Positions 26,948 through 38,681 of a DNA stretch of 64,000 nucleotides are shown here, one piece after another. Position numbers and translations under genes: made by a program. The notes beneath the pieces are model-generated. The model had not been told where the DNA came from. It did not search any database and saw only the letters and a program-made list of their open reading frames with translations. Position 1 is the first letter of the stretch; each line of letters begins with the position of its first letter. The stretch is from an uncultured delta proteobacterium (GTDB lineage Bacteria; Myxococcota; Kuafuiibacteriia; Kuafuiibacteriales; Kuafuiibacteriaceae), in assembly GCA_963803435.1 (NCBI GenBank), contig CAWDML010000001.1, positions 2,880,001 through 2,944,000 on the forward strand. Direction: 5' to 3'.

Positions 26948-29389
26948 TCAGCGCGGTGCCCGGAGAAGCTCGGTCTCGACCAACACGTACGCGATGGAGA
27001 GCATCGTCTTCTCGTCCTCGCGCTTGATCAGCCCTGAGAGCTTCTTCCCTTTGGCGAGGCGCTGGGCGGCCTCCGTGAGGGGCGGGCTGAGGCCGAGCTC
27101 CGGGAGCCATTGCTCGAACAGCTCCGACGGTCGCAGCTTCAGGTTCATCAGATCCTGGAGGTGGTGGCGGAGGCTCGACGTGCTGAACTTCCGGCCCACC
27201 ATCTCCAGCAGGAGCGCGTACACGGAGCGGGCGAACGGGACCGTGTGCTCGGGGCGAACCGTGTCGTCGAACGCAAAGCGCCCCGCCGGCCAGTCGAAGA
27301 TGTCGACCAGACGATCCTTGAGGAAGACCGTCTGATACTGACTGAAGTCGATCCCCACCTGCTCGCCTGCCAGTACCTCGAGCGGGCGGCGCTGCACCAC
27401 CGCGCGGTGGATCAGCTCCCGCATCATCGAGGCGGGGACGAAGCGCTTCTGCACCAGCATCTCGGGGAGCTGGAGCGACTCGGCGTGCGCATAGACGTTG
27501 GTGGGCCTGCCGTTGACGAGCTCGATCTCGCGCGAGGCCCGCGTGTGGTGCGCCGTATCGGTGACGTAGAGGCGGCCGGTCGCGTTTCGCTGGGCGAGCG
27601 CGCCCAGCACCGACGTCATGGTGCGCTTCGTGAGAACGCCGTGGAAGGTCACGCGCGCCGGGATGCGCTCCTCCACCGAGCGCAGCAGGATCGGCTGTCC
27701 GGTGAGCTTGGCGAACTCCACGAGATCGATCCAGCTCTTGCGATCGCCGGAGATCAGGGCGGCCTCCGCGTAGCGCGCCAGCGACTCCGCCTTCACGATC
27801 GTCAGCGCCTCCTCGTAGCTGACGGGACCGAAGACGTAGCTCTCGTGGTTCTGGATCCAGAACGGCTGCTCGCCGTCGTAGGCGCGACCAACCAAACCGT
27901 AGGAGGCCCAGCGCTGCTTCTCGGCGTCGGAGACGTCCTCGGCGTGCTCGCGGACGTCGAGACCGGGACGGAGCGTGGGCGGGTCGTGCATGTCGCCCGT
28001 GGGCGGAGGGGGCATCGCGCCGAACGCGGAGAGCTCGATGTTGGGCGCCGACTCGACCACCGGCGAGCGCGCGGCGTCCTCCACCGCCGCCTGGATCACC
28101 TGCGTGCTCGGACCACGCCGGCGCGGCTCCTTGCTACCGACGATCACCGGGACCTCGCCGGTGGTGCTTCCGGAGCGCGGTGGCAGGGAGCTGCTCTCCG
28201 ACGTCATCGGCGCGACCGGGATCGAGGCGTGGGAGCTCGACGAGGTCGGGAACGAGGGGAGCGACGCACCGAGGCCGCTGCCCTCGCGCCGCGGCGGGGT
28301 CGGGATCGGCGGCGCCTCGATCTCGGAGTCGGACTCTTCGAACTCGCCGACGTCACCCGTGCCGGCCGAGACCGGCGCCGAGGAGATCGGCGCCACCGAG
28401 GGGCGATGCATGTATTGAAGCATCGAGCCCGGCTCGCCCGGATTCTTCTTCAGCGACCGCACCATCTCCTCGATGTCGCTCGGCCGCACCGTGGGCTTGA
28501 GCGCCGGCAGGACGTTGAGCAGTCTGGCCTGCATCTCCCGCGCGTTGGGGATCCGCGCCTCGAGGTTGGGTTCGAGCGCGTCCCGCACGATCTGGTCGAG
28601 CGCGGCGGGGACGTCGTTGATGTGCGCGGACGGCGGCTCGCGCGGCGAGGTGCAGATCAGGCTCATCGCCTCGAAGTCCGAGCGCCCCTTGAAGAGCCGG
28701 CGCTGCGCCAGGCACTCCCAGAGCACGATGCCGAGCGCGAAGACGTCGGTGCGTCCGTCGACCGGGAGCGAGCGCACCTGCTCGGGGGACATGTAGCCGA
28801 TCTTTCCCTTGAGCTGCCCGGTGCGGGTCCGGCTCTCTCGCGCGTCGTCGCGGGCGACGCCGAAGTCGCCCAGCTTCATCGTCACCCTTCGAGATGAAGA
28901 TGTTCGACGGCGAGACGTCCCGATGGACGATTTGCGCGACCTTGCGCTCCATGTCCGACAGCATGTGGGCGAAGTGGAGCGCCTCCAGCACCTCGCTGAC
29001 GATGAACACCGAGAACCAGCGCGGCAGGCGTGCAGGCGCTTCTTGGTGGTGTAGCCGAGGCATGCCCGGAGCGTCGGACCCGTGCGACGTACTCCATCGC
29101 CATGAAGAACTCGCCGCTCTCTCGGATCTGGCCGAAGTCGAACACCTGCACGATCTTCTTGTGCTGTGAGCTGCGCGGCGAGCTTGGCCTCGTCGATGAA
29201 CATCGCGACGAAGTTCGGTTCTGCCGCCAGGTGCGGCAGGATCCGCTTGATGACGACGATCTTCTCGAAGCCGGCCACGCCCGGGAGGCGCGCACGGAAG
29301 ACCTCGGCCATGCCTCCGTCGCCGACGCGCTCCAACAGCTCATACTTCCCGAAGGCGCGGGGGAAGCCGGTGGTGCTGGTCGAGACCAT
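26948..29389 (-). CDS. Ser/Thr protein kinase with a Pro/Ser linker and a C-terminal DUF4388-like domain (several indels at 28880-29170)
   Basis: FGKYELLERVGDGGMAEVF, VIKRI, KLGDFG and YMSPEQ are in the main frame. HKKIVQVFDFG...MEYV and HRDVSPSN lie in alternative frames. Confidence 0.85.
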   Translation of the reverse strand: MVSTSTTGFPRAFGKYELLERVGDGGMAEVFRARLPGVAGFEKIVVIKRILPHLAAEPNFVAMFIDEAKLAAQLTAQEDRAGVRLRPDPRERRVLHGDGVRRTGPTLRACLGYTTKKRLHACRAGSRCSSSARCWRRSTSPTCCRTWSARSRKSSIGTSRRRTSSSRRVTMKLGDFGVARDDARESRTRTGQLKGKIGYMSPEQVRSLPVDGRTDVFALGIVLWECLAQRRLFKGRSDFEAMSLICTSPREPPSAHINDVPAALDQIVRDALEPNLEARIPNAREMQARLLNVLPALKPTVRPSDIEEMVRSLKKNPGEPGSMLQYMHRPSVAPISSAPVSAGTGDVGEFEESDSEIEAPPIPTPPRREGSGLGASLPSFPTSSSSHASIPVAPMTSESSSLPPRSGSTTGEVPVIVGSKEPRRRGPSTQVIQAAVEDAARSPVVESAPNIELSAFGAMPPPPTGDMHDPPTLRPGLDVREHAEDVSDAEKQRWASYGLVGRAYDGEQPFWIQNHESYVFGPVSYEEALTIVKAESLARYAEAALISGDRKSWIDLVEFAKLTGQPILLRSVEERIPARVTFHGVLTKRTMTSVLGALAQRNATGRLYVTDTAHHTRASREIELVNGRPTNVYAHAESLQLPEMLVQKRFVPASMMRELIHRAVVQRRPLEVLAGEQVGIDFSQYQTVFLKDRLVDIFDWPAGRFAFDDTVRPEHTVPFARSVYALLLEMVGRKFSTSSLRHHLQDLMNLKLRPSELFEQWLPELGLSPPLTEAAQRLAKGKKLSGLIKREDEKTMLSIAYVLVETELLRAPR

Positions 29390-29403
29390 CAATCCTTCCC
29401 GCG

Positions 29404-30018
29404 TCAGCTGGACCTCGGATCCGGCAGACCCGCTTCGTGGATCACGCGAAGCGCCACATCCAGATAGACCTTCCGGCTCTTCCCCGGGGGACCCTCCATC
29501 GCATCGAACGTCTTCCTCAACGCGGCGGCGGCCTCCTCCGAGAGGAGCGCCTTGGCCGGAAACAGCACGTCCCGCTCCTCTCTGGCCATCTGATCGCGCT
29601 TGGTCCCCACGTAGAGTGAAACCAGGCGCTGGACCGACTCCCAATCGCCTTCAGAGACCGCGTTGCACAGCTCCAGCGTGACGTCGATGTCCTGCTGCTG
29701 CTGCTGGTCCAGGGCGCGGATCTTCTCGTTCATTCCGAAGGGCTCGATCGCCGGGAAGAGATGGTTGGCCTTCTTCGCATAGTGGAAGAGGAGCCCGAAG
29801 TTCCCAATGATCTCGACCGCTCCCTCCCAGAAGTCGAGGTCCATCCGCTTCCTCTGGTGGATGGTGCCGGCCTTACGCTGGACGGCCTCGAGCACCTTGC
29901 GGATCAGGTGGTGCTCGGCCAGGAGCTCGTCGACAGGGTGCTGCGCGCTCTGCGGCGGGTCCTTTTCGGCCGCTGTCACCCAGGCCTGGAAGTAGGCTTG
30001 GAATTCAGCGTCCCCCAC
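29404..30018 (-). CDS. Hemerythrin-fold protein with degenerate iron ligands
   Basis: LLAEHHLIRKVL ... HYAKKANHLFP ... REERDVLFP follows the hemerythrin HHE repeat pattern. Confidence 0.7.
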   Translation of the reverse strand: MGDAEFQAYFQAWVTAAEKDPPQSAQHPVDELLAEHHLIRKVLEAVQRKAGTIHQRKRMDLDFWEGAVEIIGNFGLLFHYAKKANHLFPAIEPFGMNEKIRALDQQQQQDIDVTLELCNAVSEGDWESVQRLVSLYVGTKRDQMAREERDVLFPAKALLSEEAAAALRKTFDAMEGPPGKSRKVYLDVALRVIHEAGLPDPRSS

Positions 30019-30105
30019 GGTGACGACCTGTCTATCACCCCTGCGCCCTCGCTTCGAGGGGACCCTGTCATCGCGGAATTGCCGTCAATCCCAACTCGAG
30101 CGCAA

Positions 30106-32275
30106 TCAGGGCTGGTAGGGCACCTGGAGCTGCTGGAAGAGGAACGCGTAGGTGTCGACGGTCTGGGCGATCCGCTCGTCGAGCCCCGTCCCCAGGCCGT
30201 GGCCCGCGTCGGTGGTGGTCCGGAGGATGATCGGGGCGTCGCTCGCCGTCGCCGCCTGGAGGCGCGCGGTCATCTTGCGCGACTGCATCGGGTCGACCCG
30301 CGGATCGTTCTGGCCGGTCATGAAGAGCGTCGCCGGATAGCGTGTGCCGTCCACGACGTGGTGGTACGGCGAGTACGCATACATCGCCTTGAACTGCGCC
30401 TCGTCCTTCACCGTCCCGAACTCGGGGATGTTGAAGGCGCCGTTCGACGACAGCTCCACGCGGAGCATGTCGTAGATCCCGACGCTCGAGATCACCGCCG
30501 AGACCAGCTCGGGATGTTGCGTCATCGTCGCGCCCATCAAGAGCCCGCCGTTGCTGCCCCCGATGATCCCGAGGTGCTCCGACGACGTGTACTTCTTCTC
30601 GACCAGGTACTCGAGCACCGCCGCGAAGTCGTCGAAGACGTTCTGCTTGTTCGTCAAGCTGCCTTGCTGATGCCACTCCTCACCGAACTCGCTCCCGCCG
30701 CGCAGGTTGGCCACCGCGTAGATCACGCCCTGCTGCATCAGCACGTCGATCGTCGGTGAGAAGCGCGGCGTGATCGCGACGCCGAAACCGCCGTAGGCGT
30801 TGGCGAGACAGGGGTCGCTGCCGTCGAGCTTCGCGTTCGGCGGGATCAGGATGTTGACCGGGACCTTGGTGCCGTCCTTCGAGGTGGCCATCTCGCGCAC
30901 GACCTTCACTTTGCTCAGGTCGACCATCGAGGTGCTGGCGAGCGCCGTCTTGGTCGTGGTCTTCTTCACGGCGTCGAAGGCGAACCACGCCGACGGCATC
31001 ACGAACGAGGTCATACGGAAGAGGACGTCGTCCCCGCCCACCGCGGTGAGACCGCCGACCGCCGAGACCGGCGGCTGTTCCGGACCGTCGACGCGCTGCC
31101 CCTTCGAGATCGAAGACGCGGATCTCGGACGGGCCGCCCAGCTGATAGGTGACGTAGAGCCGCGTGGGGGTGGGCAGAACGGTCGGCGTGCCCCAGAAGT
31201 CGGCCACGATGGTGTCGTCGCTCTCGGGGATGACGACCTCCGCCTTGCTCACGTCGAGATCCGCGATCGCCATGCGCAGGACCTTCCCCTTGGGCGCGTC
31301 CTGGTTGGAGATCAGGTAGAGATCCTGGTTGGGCCCGAAGGCCGCCTGCACCGTCTTGTCTTCGAAGTTGGAGAACTGCTTCCACTCGCCGCTGGGTGCG
31401 CGGAGGTAGTGAGCGAACTGACCGCCGTCGCCGTTCTGGACCGTCGCCAGGACGTAGCCGCTCGGATGCGACTCGATCTGGATCTCCGCGATGCGCGGCA
31501 GATCCTTCCCCATCTCGTAGCGGTCCTGCTCGGTCTTGGTGCCGAGCGCATGGAAGTAGAGCTGCTGGAAGAACGGCATGTCCTCGGCCGGACGCTCGTC
31601 GCCGCGGGGATAGCGCGTGTAGAAGAAGCCGCTGCCGTCGGCGGCCCAGGCGAGATCGCCGCCGGCGGTCCCGCCGTTCACCCGCGGAACGACGTCGTTC
31701 ACCTCCTTGCCGGTGGCGACGTCGAAGACGTGGACGTCGCCGCTCTCGGTGCCGCCCACCGACAGCGAGACGGCGACCCGATCACCCTTGGGGGAGGGGA
31801 CGAACCAGTCCAGGTGCGTCTTGCCGCTGGGATCGATCGTGTTCGGATCGACGATGGTGCGCGCGGCGTCCGCCTGCTCGTACGAGTCCATCACGATCAG
31901 GAGCGGCTGCTGCGCAGGCGGGCGCTGCTCGAGGACGAAGAGCTTGCCGCCAGCGAAGTCGAGCGCCAGCTGCGATCGCGTCTCCTCCTTCATGATCGCG
32001 GTGACGCGCTTCTCGATCGCGTCGCGGTTGGGCAGGACCGCCAGGTACTTCCGCGCGTACGTGTTCTCGGCGTCGCTCCACGCCTGGACCTTCGGGTCGT
32101 TCCAATCCTCGAGCCAGCGGTACTGCTCGGTGACGGAGAGTCCGTGGTGGGTGTCGGTCACCGGCACCGTCTCCGCCGCGGGCGGGACCTCCATGACCGT
32201 GTGACCATTCGTCACGCACGCGGTCGCGAGCGGGGTGAGCAGGAGGATGCTGCGCAGCTTCACGATCGGGCCCAT
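30106..32275 (-). CDS. Prolyl oligopeptidase (S9A), probable lipoprotein; frameshift near 31100
   Basis: YRWLED; beta-propeller; YGGF; NLRGGSEFG; GGSNGG (Ser); DPRV (Asp); AGHG (His). Removing one C from the run at 31099-31102 joins the two ORFs. Confidence 0.9.
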
Positions 32276-32324
32276 AACGATCGGTTCCTATCCGAGTCAA
32301 CGGGTGCTACGTCACGGAATTGTC

Positions 32325-33773
32325 ATGCGCTACCTCCATCCCGAGCGCGATTCGCGGCTCGAGCTCTCACTCGACGACGTTTTCCTCGTTCCTGACTACT
32401 TCGATGGTCGTTCACGACTCGATGTCGACCTGACGCCCGCTGATTTTCCGGGCGGCTCCCATCCGATCGTCTCGGCCAACATGAACGCCGTGACCGGGAA
32501 GCGCATGGCCGAGACGTTGGCGCGCTTCGGCGGATTGGGCGTCCTGCCCCAGGACATGGAGCTCCGCACCGTGGAGCGCATCGTCCAGCACATCAAGTCG
32601 GCCGACACTCGCTACGACACGCCGCTCCAGGTGCAGCCGGAAGCGACGATCCGGGACGTGCTCGGGCTCATCCGCAAGCGCTCGCACGGTATGGTGATCG
32701 TGGTCGACGAGGCGCACCGTCCGATCGGCCTCATCACCCACGCGGACCTGCGGGACCGCGATCAATACACGCCGGCGCACCGGGTGATGGCGCGACGCCT
32801 GGCGGCGCTCCCCGCGGGCGCCACCAACCATGAGGCCTTCCTCTTCATGGAGCGCGAGCGCGTGAAGGCGGTGCCCGTGGTCGACGGCGAGGGCAGGCTC
32901 ACCGGGATCCTCACGCGCGACGACGCGGTTCGTCTCGAGCTCCTCCGCCCCGCCCTCAACGCGAGAGGCGAGCTGATGGTGGCCGCCGCCGTGGGGATCT
33001 CGGCGCTGGCCGCCGAGACCGCCGGCGCGCTCCGCGAGATGGGCGTCGACCTGATCGTGCTCGACACGGCGCACGGGCATCAGCGCCGGATGGTCGAGGC
33101 GATCCGGGCCGTGCGCCAGGTGATCGGGCCGAGTCATCCATTGATCGCAGGCAACGTGTGCACGGCCGAGGGGACACGCGCCCTCATCGAGGCCGGCGCC
33201 GACGTGGTCAAGGTCAACGTCGGCCCGGGCGCCATGTGCACCACGCGCATGCAGACCGGCGTCGGGCGCCCCACCTTCAGCGCGGTGCACGCCTGCGCCG
33301 CCGAGGCGCGCCGGCTCGGCAAGCACGTGTGGGCCGACGGCGGCGTGCGCCACCCCCGGGACGTGGCGCTCTACCTGGCGGCCGGAGCGGCCCGCGTCAT
33401 GATCGGGACCGCGCTGGCCGGTACCTTCGAGAGCCCGGGGGACATCAAGGAGGACAAGGAGGGCCACCTCTACAAGGAGAACTATGGGATGGCCTCCGCG
33501 CGCGCCGTCCGCTACCGGACCGCGCAGCTCGACCCGTTCGAGCAGGCCAAGAAGGCGTTCTTCCGCGAGGGCATCTCCACTTCCCGCATCTATCTGCAGC
33601 CAGGACGCGAGAGCGTCGGCGACATCCTGATCGACGTGATCAGCGGGCTGCAATCTGCGTTGACGTACGCGGGTGCGCTCGACAACGAGCGGTTCTTCGA
33701 GCGCGCGGTGGTGGGTGTTCAGTCGACCGGCGGCTTCAACGAGGGCACACCGCACGGCCTCGAGCGCAGGTAG
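32325..33773 (+). CDS. guaB1: GuaB1-family IMPDH-related protein (probable GMP reductase) with a CBS pair
   Basis: [14 protein letters not shown]; DTAHGHQ; [18 protein letters not shown]; [11 protein letters not shown]; GMAS; FREGIS. Confidence 0.85.
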   Translation: MRYLHPERDSRLELSLDDVFLVPDYFDGRSRLDVDLTPADFPGGSHPIVSANMNAVTGKRMAETLARFGGLGVLPQDMELRTVERIVQHIKSADTRYDTPLQVQPEATIRDVLGLIRKRSHGMVIVVDEAHRPIGLITHADLRDRDQYTPAHRVMARRLAALPAGATNHEAFLFMERERVKAVPVVDGEGRLTGILTRDDAVRLELLRPALNARGELMVAAAVGISALAAETAGALREMGVDLIVLDTAHGHQRRMVEAIRAVRQVIGPSHPLIAGNVCTAEGTRALIEAGADVVKVNVGPGAMCTTRMQTGVGRPTFSAVHACAAEARRLGKHVWADGGVRHPRDVALYLAAGAARVMIGTALAGTFESPGDIKEDKEGHLYKENYGMASARAVRYRTAQLDPFEQAKKAFFREGISTSRIYLQPGRESVGDILIDVISGLQSALTYAGALDNERFFERAVVGVQSTGGFNEGTPHGLERR

Positions 33774-34163
33774 CTACAGCCCCAGCACCTCGCGCACGAT
33801 CGCGGCGTTGCTCGGGTAGAGCCGCGCCGCCAGCGCGTGGATCGCCTCCTTGGGCAGACGCCCCAGCGCGTCGTGCACGCTCCCGTCCCGCCAGTCGACC
33901 AGCTCGTCGCCGTGGAGCGTGAACCACGCCTCGAGCGACTCGATCCGGGTCTGCTTCCACGCGATGGCGGGCTCCTCGATCACCGCGACCACTCCGCCCC
34001 GCCGGGAGAACGGATTCACCGCGGCGTTGAGGAGCTTCTCGATCACGTCCGGATCCAGCTCGGTCTGGATGAACCAGACGGCGTGATCCAGGAACTCTTG
34101 GCCGTTGTCCCAGATGAAGATCATGGGGTCAGCGTAGAGGTGAGGTCTGTCAAATCCGGTCAT
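33774..34163 (-). CDS. Hypothetical protein
   Basis: 129-aa ORF filling the gap, with typical codon bias. Confidence 0.6.
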   Translation of the reverse strand: MTGFDRPHLYADPMIFIWDNGQEFLDHAVWFIQTELDPDVIEKLLNAAVNPFSRRGGVVAVIEEPAIAWKQTRIESLEAWFTLHGDELVDWRDGSVHDALGRLPKEAIHALAARLYPSNAAIVREVLGL

Positions 34164-34201
34164 ACCTGTAACCCCTCAAAATCCGGTGATACGCTGGGAA
34201 A

Positions 34202-37142
34202 ATGCGCGGCGCGGCCCTGGTGGCGATCGTCCTCGGGGCCTGCACGTTCCAGCGGGAGCCGTCGATCTCGCAGCCCAGCGACTGCACCGGCGCCCCCGAC
34301 GGCACCCGCTGTAACGATCACAGCCTGTGCACCTCGGGCGAGATCTGCTCGGGGGGCGCCTGTGTCGCACGCGCGATCGTCACCTGCCCCGCCCCGCTCA
34401 CGTGTCACACCGCTGGTACCTGCGATCCCACGACCGGCCTGTGCTCGGATCCGCCGGCGCCCGACGGGACGCTCTGCGACGACGGTGACCTCTGCACTGG
34501 CCAAGACGCCTGCCTCGCGGGGGTCTGCAGCGGGCCGCCGATCGCGTGCCAAGCGCGGGGCCCCTGCCACCTCCAGGGTGTCTGCGATCCGGCCACGGGC
34601 GCGTGCAGCGATCCGATCGCGGCCGACGGCGCGCGCTGCGAGGACGGCGACCTCTGCACGGCGAGGGACACCTGCAGCGCCGGCGTCTGCACGTCGGGTC
34701 CACCCGTCGACTGCGTCGAGACCCAGTGCACCGTCGGTACCTGCAGCCCCGACACCGGGAGGTGCATCGGCACGCCGATCGACGACGGCGCGCCCTGCGA
34801 CGATCAGAGCGTGTGCACCACCGGCGACGCGTGCCTCGACGGCGCTTGCACCGGAGAGGCCCTCCCCTGCGAGCCTGCGGATCCGTGCCGCGACGCGGTC
34901 TGCGACGCGGAGACCGGCTGTTCGATCACCGTCCGTCCCGACGGCGCCGGCTGCGACGACGGAAACGCCTGCACCGAGCACGAGACCTGCACCGGCGGGG
35001 CGTGCGGCGGCGGGAACGCGGTGACCTGCGTCGAGCGCGACGAATGCCACCTGGCGGGCACGTGCAATCCGGCCCGCGGCTGCGACGATCCGGTCGCCCC
35101 GGACGGTCAACTCTGCGACGACCGCGACCTCTGCACGTTCTCCGATACCTGCGTCGGCGGGGTCTGCACGGGCCAGCCGCTCACATGCGTGGCTCCCACC
35201 GAGTGCCACTTCGCCGGCGCCTGCGATCCTTCGACGGGCACGTGCTCGACCACGCAGCGGCCGAACGGTGCCCACTGCGACGACGCCGATCAATGTACGC
35301 GCACCGACGTCTGCTCGAACGGCCAATGCATCGGGACGGACCCGGTCGTCTTCGACGGGACCTGGTGTCAGGACGGCATCTGCTTCACCGACGTGGCCTC
35401 GAGCGCCGGCATCACCTGGACCTCGACCGCGGTCGAGTACCACGATGATCGGCGCCGGCGGCGCGTTCCTCGACTACGACGGCGACGGCAATCTGGACCT
35501 GTTGCTCGGCTCCGAGTCCGCCCGCCCCTCCCTGTTCCGAAACCTGGGGAACGGCACCTTTCAGGACGTCACCGTCCAAGCAAACCTCCCGCAGCTCTTC
35601 CTTCCCGATCGATTCATGGGCTTCGCGATCGCCGACTACGACAATGACGGCGATCCGGACGTCTATCTTCTCGCGTACGGGCCCAACATCCTGATGCGGA
35701 ACGACGGGAACGGCGCCTTCACGAACGTCACTCAGACCGCGGGCGTCGGCGACCCCTCCTGGAGCGCCGCGGCGGCGTTCGGCGACTACGACGGCGACGG
35801 CGATCTCGATCTCTACGTCGGCGACTACATCGCCGTCTCGAACTTCCCCAACCACGTGCCGTATCCGAACCGGCTCTACCAGAACCAGGGCAACGGGACG
35901 TTCACCGAGGTGGCTGCGCAGCTGGGCGTCGCCGGCGCCGGGACCACGCTGGCGGTCACCTGGACCGACTTCGACGGCGATCGCGACCCGGATCTCCTGG
36001 TCTGCAACGACTTCGGCTCGACGATCGAAGGCAACCACCTCTACCGCAACGATGGAGGGACGTTCACCGACGTGAGCTCTGCCTTGGGGATGGACGTGCA
36101 GATCTACTGCATGGGGATCACCGCGGGCGACTTCGATCGCGACGGTGACCTCGACTACTACTTCACCAACATCCGTAGGAACGCGCTGCTCGAGAACCGC
36201 GGCGCGGCCGGGTTCACCGACGTGGCCCTGGCGACCGGGAGCCAGCTCGAGTACGACCCGTGCTTCACGACGCTCTATAGCACCAGCTGGGGTGCCGGCT
36301 TTGCAGACTTCGACCTCGACGGCGACCTCGACCTGTACGTCTCCACCGGCTTCATCCCGGCGGCCTCGCACATCGCGAACGCGCGCACCACACCGAAGGT
36401 CCTCCTCGAGAACGACGGGATGGGTCGCTTCACGGACGTGCGCCAGTCGTCAGGTGTGGACGACAAGCGGATCGGAAGGGGCGCTGCCTTCGGCGACTTC
36501 GACCACGACGGTGACGTCGACGTGCTCCAGGTGAACATGGCCGGGTCGCCGCGGCTCTTCCGGAACGACTCGCCTCCCGCGGGGTCGCACCTGACCGTGG
36601 AGGTCCGCGGGCGGACGAGCACGAGGGACGCGATCGGCACCCGCTTGATCGCGGAGATCGGTCCGACTTCAATCGTCCGCGAGGTGAACCCGAACTTCTC
36701 GTTCGCCTCCTCGTCCGAGAAGACCGTGCACTTCGGGCTAGGACCCGTCGTCTCGGTCGATCGGCTCCTCGTTCGTTATCCGTCGGGCGTGGACCAGCGC
36801 CTCTATCAAGTGCCGGCCAACACGGCAATCCTCGTGGTCGAGCCGCGGGTGGTCATCGACCAGACGACGCTGACGCCGCCGTCCGCCCCGGCGGGGAGCT
36901 CCGTCAACGTCTCCTTCACGCTCCGCAACACCACGACGACGGCGACGATGATCTCCTGGAGTGTCCGCGTCGGTCCATCGCTCGGTCCGTCGGGCGCGAT
37001 CCTGGTGGGCGGCGCCGGCGTCCAGATGGTGACGACCGCGGTCACCGCACCGACTCCCTCCGGAACCGTCCCACTCTTCGTCACCATCGGCGATGGCGAA
37101 GGCGCGAACGATCAGACGCGGGCCTCCCTCACGGTCCAGTAG
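34202..37142 (+). CDS. Lipoprotein with Cys-rich repeats, FG-GAP/VCBS repeats and an ASPIC/UnbV domain (CRTAC1-like); frameshift near 35441
   Basis: Lipobox LGAC; repeated DGxxCDDGxxCTxxDxCxxGxC; DYDGDGDLDL repeats; RDAIGTR...VHFGLG. Confidence 0.85.
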
Positions 37143-37158
37143 GTGCTATTCAGGGCGC

Positions 37159-38643
37159 GTGCAGTTCGGCGCGTACGAATTGCTGGGACGGGTGGCGACC
37201 GGGGGATCGGCCCACATCTTCCTGGCAGGTCAACGGGCCGCTCGCGGATTCGAGCGCCTGGTCTGCCTGAAGACGCTGACGCCGGAGCGTGCCTCCGAGG
37301 AGGACTTCGTCCAGAGCTTCGTGGCGGAGGCGGAGATCGCGTCGCATATCCGCCATCCGAACTGCGTCAGCATCTTCAACGTCGGAGTCGAGCGCGGCGC
37401 CTATTTCATCTCGATGGAGTACATCCCGGGCGAGACGCTGTCCGCGCTGCTGTCGACGTGGCAACCGGCGAAGCCGCTGCCGGCGCCCGAGATGATCTCG
37501 ATCCTCGCCAGCGTCTGCGACGGTCTGCATTACGCGCACGAGCTCTGCGCACCCGACGGTCGAGCCTTCAACCTGATCCATCGCGACGTGTCGCCGCAGA
37601 ACATCATGATCTCGTACACCGGACAGACCAAGGTCCTCGACTTCGGGATCGCGAAGGCGGAGATGGAGCGGCGCGACACCAAGACCGGGATCGTGAAGGG
37701 CAAGGTTCGGTACATGTCACCCGAGCAGATCCTCTCGGGTCCGCTGGATCGTCGCAGCGACATCTACGCGCTCGGGCTGGTGATGTTCGAGTGTCTGACC
37801 GGCCGCATGCTCTTCGAGAGCTGCTCGCCGGCGCAGATCCAGTACAAGATGCTCCACGAGCGCGTCCCCAGAGTGCGCGACTTCCTGCCCTCGGTCGATC
37901 CGCAGCTCGACGCCATCTGCTACACGGCGCTCCAGTTCGACGCCAAGGGCCGCTATCCGACCGCGTACGTGCTGGGCCGCGAGCTGCGCAACTATCTCAA
38001 GCGCATCGACTTTGCTTCGGGGCGGGACCCGATCGCCGCGCTGATGCGGGATCGCTTCGGCGAGCGCGCGACCGATCGCTCCGGTTTGGTCGAGCGCGTG
38101 CTGGCCAACCAGTTCGACCTCGCCGAGATCCGGAGCGTGCTGGGCATTCGCCCGGTGATGGAGCTCGAATCTCCTCTTCGGCGAAGAGACGCCGCCCGAG
38201 GCCCCCAGGCTGGACTCCTTCGACGAGGACGCCACCGTCTTCGATCCGAACGCCTCGCCGGGGGACGGCCCGACGATCGACGAGACCGACGCCCCCGCCA
38301 TGTCGGGTCCGCAGCTACCTCCCCCGCCACCGCCCCCGCGATCCGCGAGCGCTCGAACCTCGAGCCCGTCGCTGCGCTCCCGCTGATCCCCGAAGAGGAC
38401 TTCGCGGACCAGACGCGGATGCACGATGACGCCGACGACACGCGCCCGATCCTCGACATCGAGGAGCTGCACGAGACGCCTCCCGAGGACACCAAGAAGG
38501 TGGGACAGGACGAGATCGCGGTCGGCCGCTCTCCGGGGATCGGCGCACGCACGGCGTTCCTGCTGTGGCTGTTCGGGCTCGTCCTCGGCATCGGGTTGGG
38601 GATCGCGGGTACGCTGTTGGTGCTGAACGCGCAGACTTCCTGA
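37159..38643 (+). CDS. Membrane-anchored Ser/Thr protein kinase
   Basis: FGAYELLGRVATGG; CLK; HRDVSPQN; DFG; YMSPEQ; C-terminal transmembrane helix. Probable compensating indels near 38169 and 38330. Confidence 0.9.
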   Translation: MQFGAYELLGRVATGGSAHIFLAGQRAARGFERLVCLKTLTPERASEEDFVQSFVAEAEIASHIRHPNCVSIFNVGVERGAYFISMEYIPGETLSALLSTWQPAKPLPAPEMISILASVCDGLHYAHELCAPDGRAFNLIHRDVSPQNIMISYTGQTKVLDFGIAKAEMERRDTKTGIVKGKVRYMSPEQILSGPLDRRSDIYALGLVMFECLTGRMLFESCSPAQIQYKMLHERVPRVRDFLPSVDPQLDAICYTALQFDAKGRYPTAYVLGRELRNYLKRIDFASGRDPIAALMRDRFGERATDRSGLVERVLANQFDLAEIRSVLGIRPVMELESPLRRRDAARGPQAGLLRRGRHRLRSERLAGGRPDDRRDRRPRHVGSAATSPATAPAIRERSNLEPVAALPLIPEEDFADQTRMHDDADDTRPILDIEELHETPPEDTKKVGQDEIAVGRSPGIGARTAFLLWLFGLVLGIGLGIAGTLLVLNAQTS

Positions 38644-38681
38644 CTTAAGGCGTCGCGGGAACGTTCGATTCAGTCCACGCG

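Noticed and set aside
34280-35390. DNA tandem repeat array
   Set aside because: The periodicity is at the protein level (Cys-rich repeats) with diverged codons.
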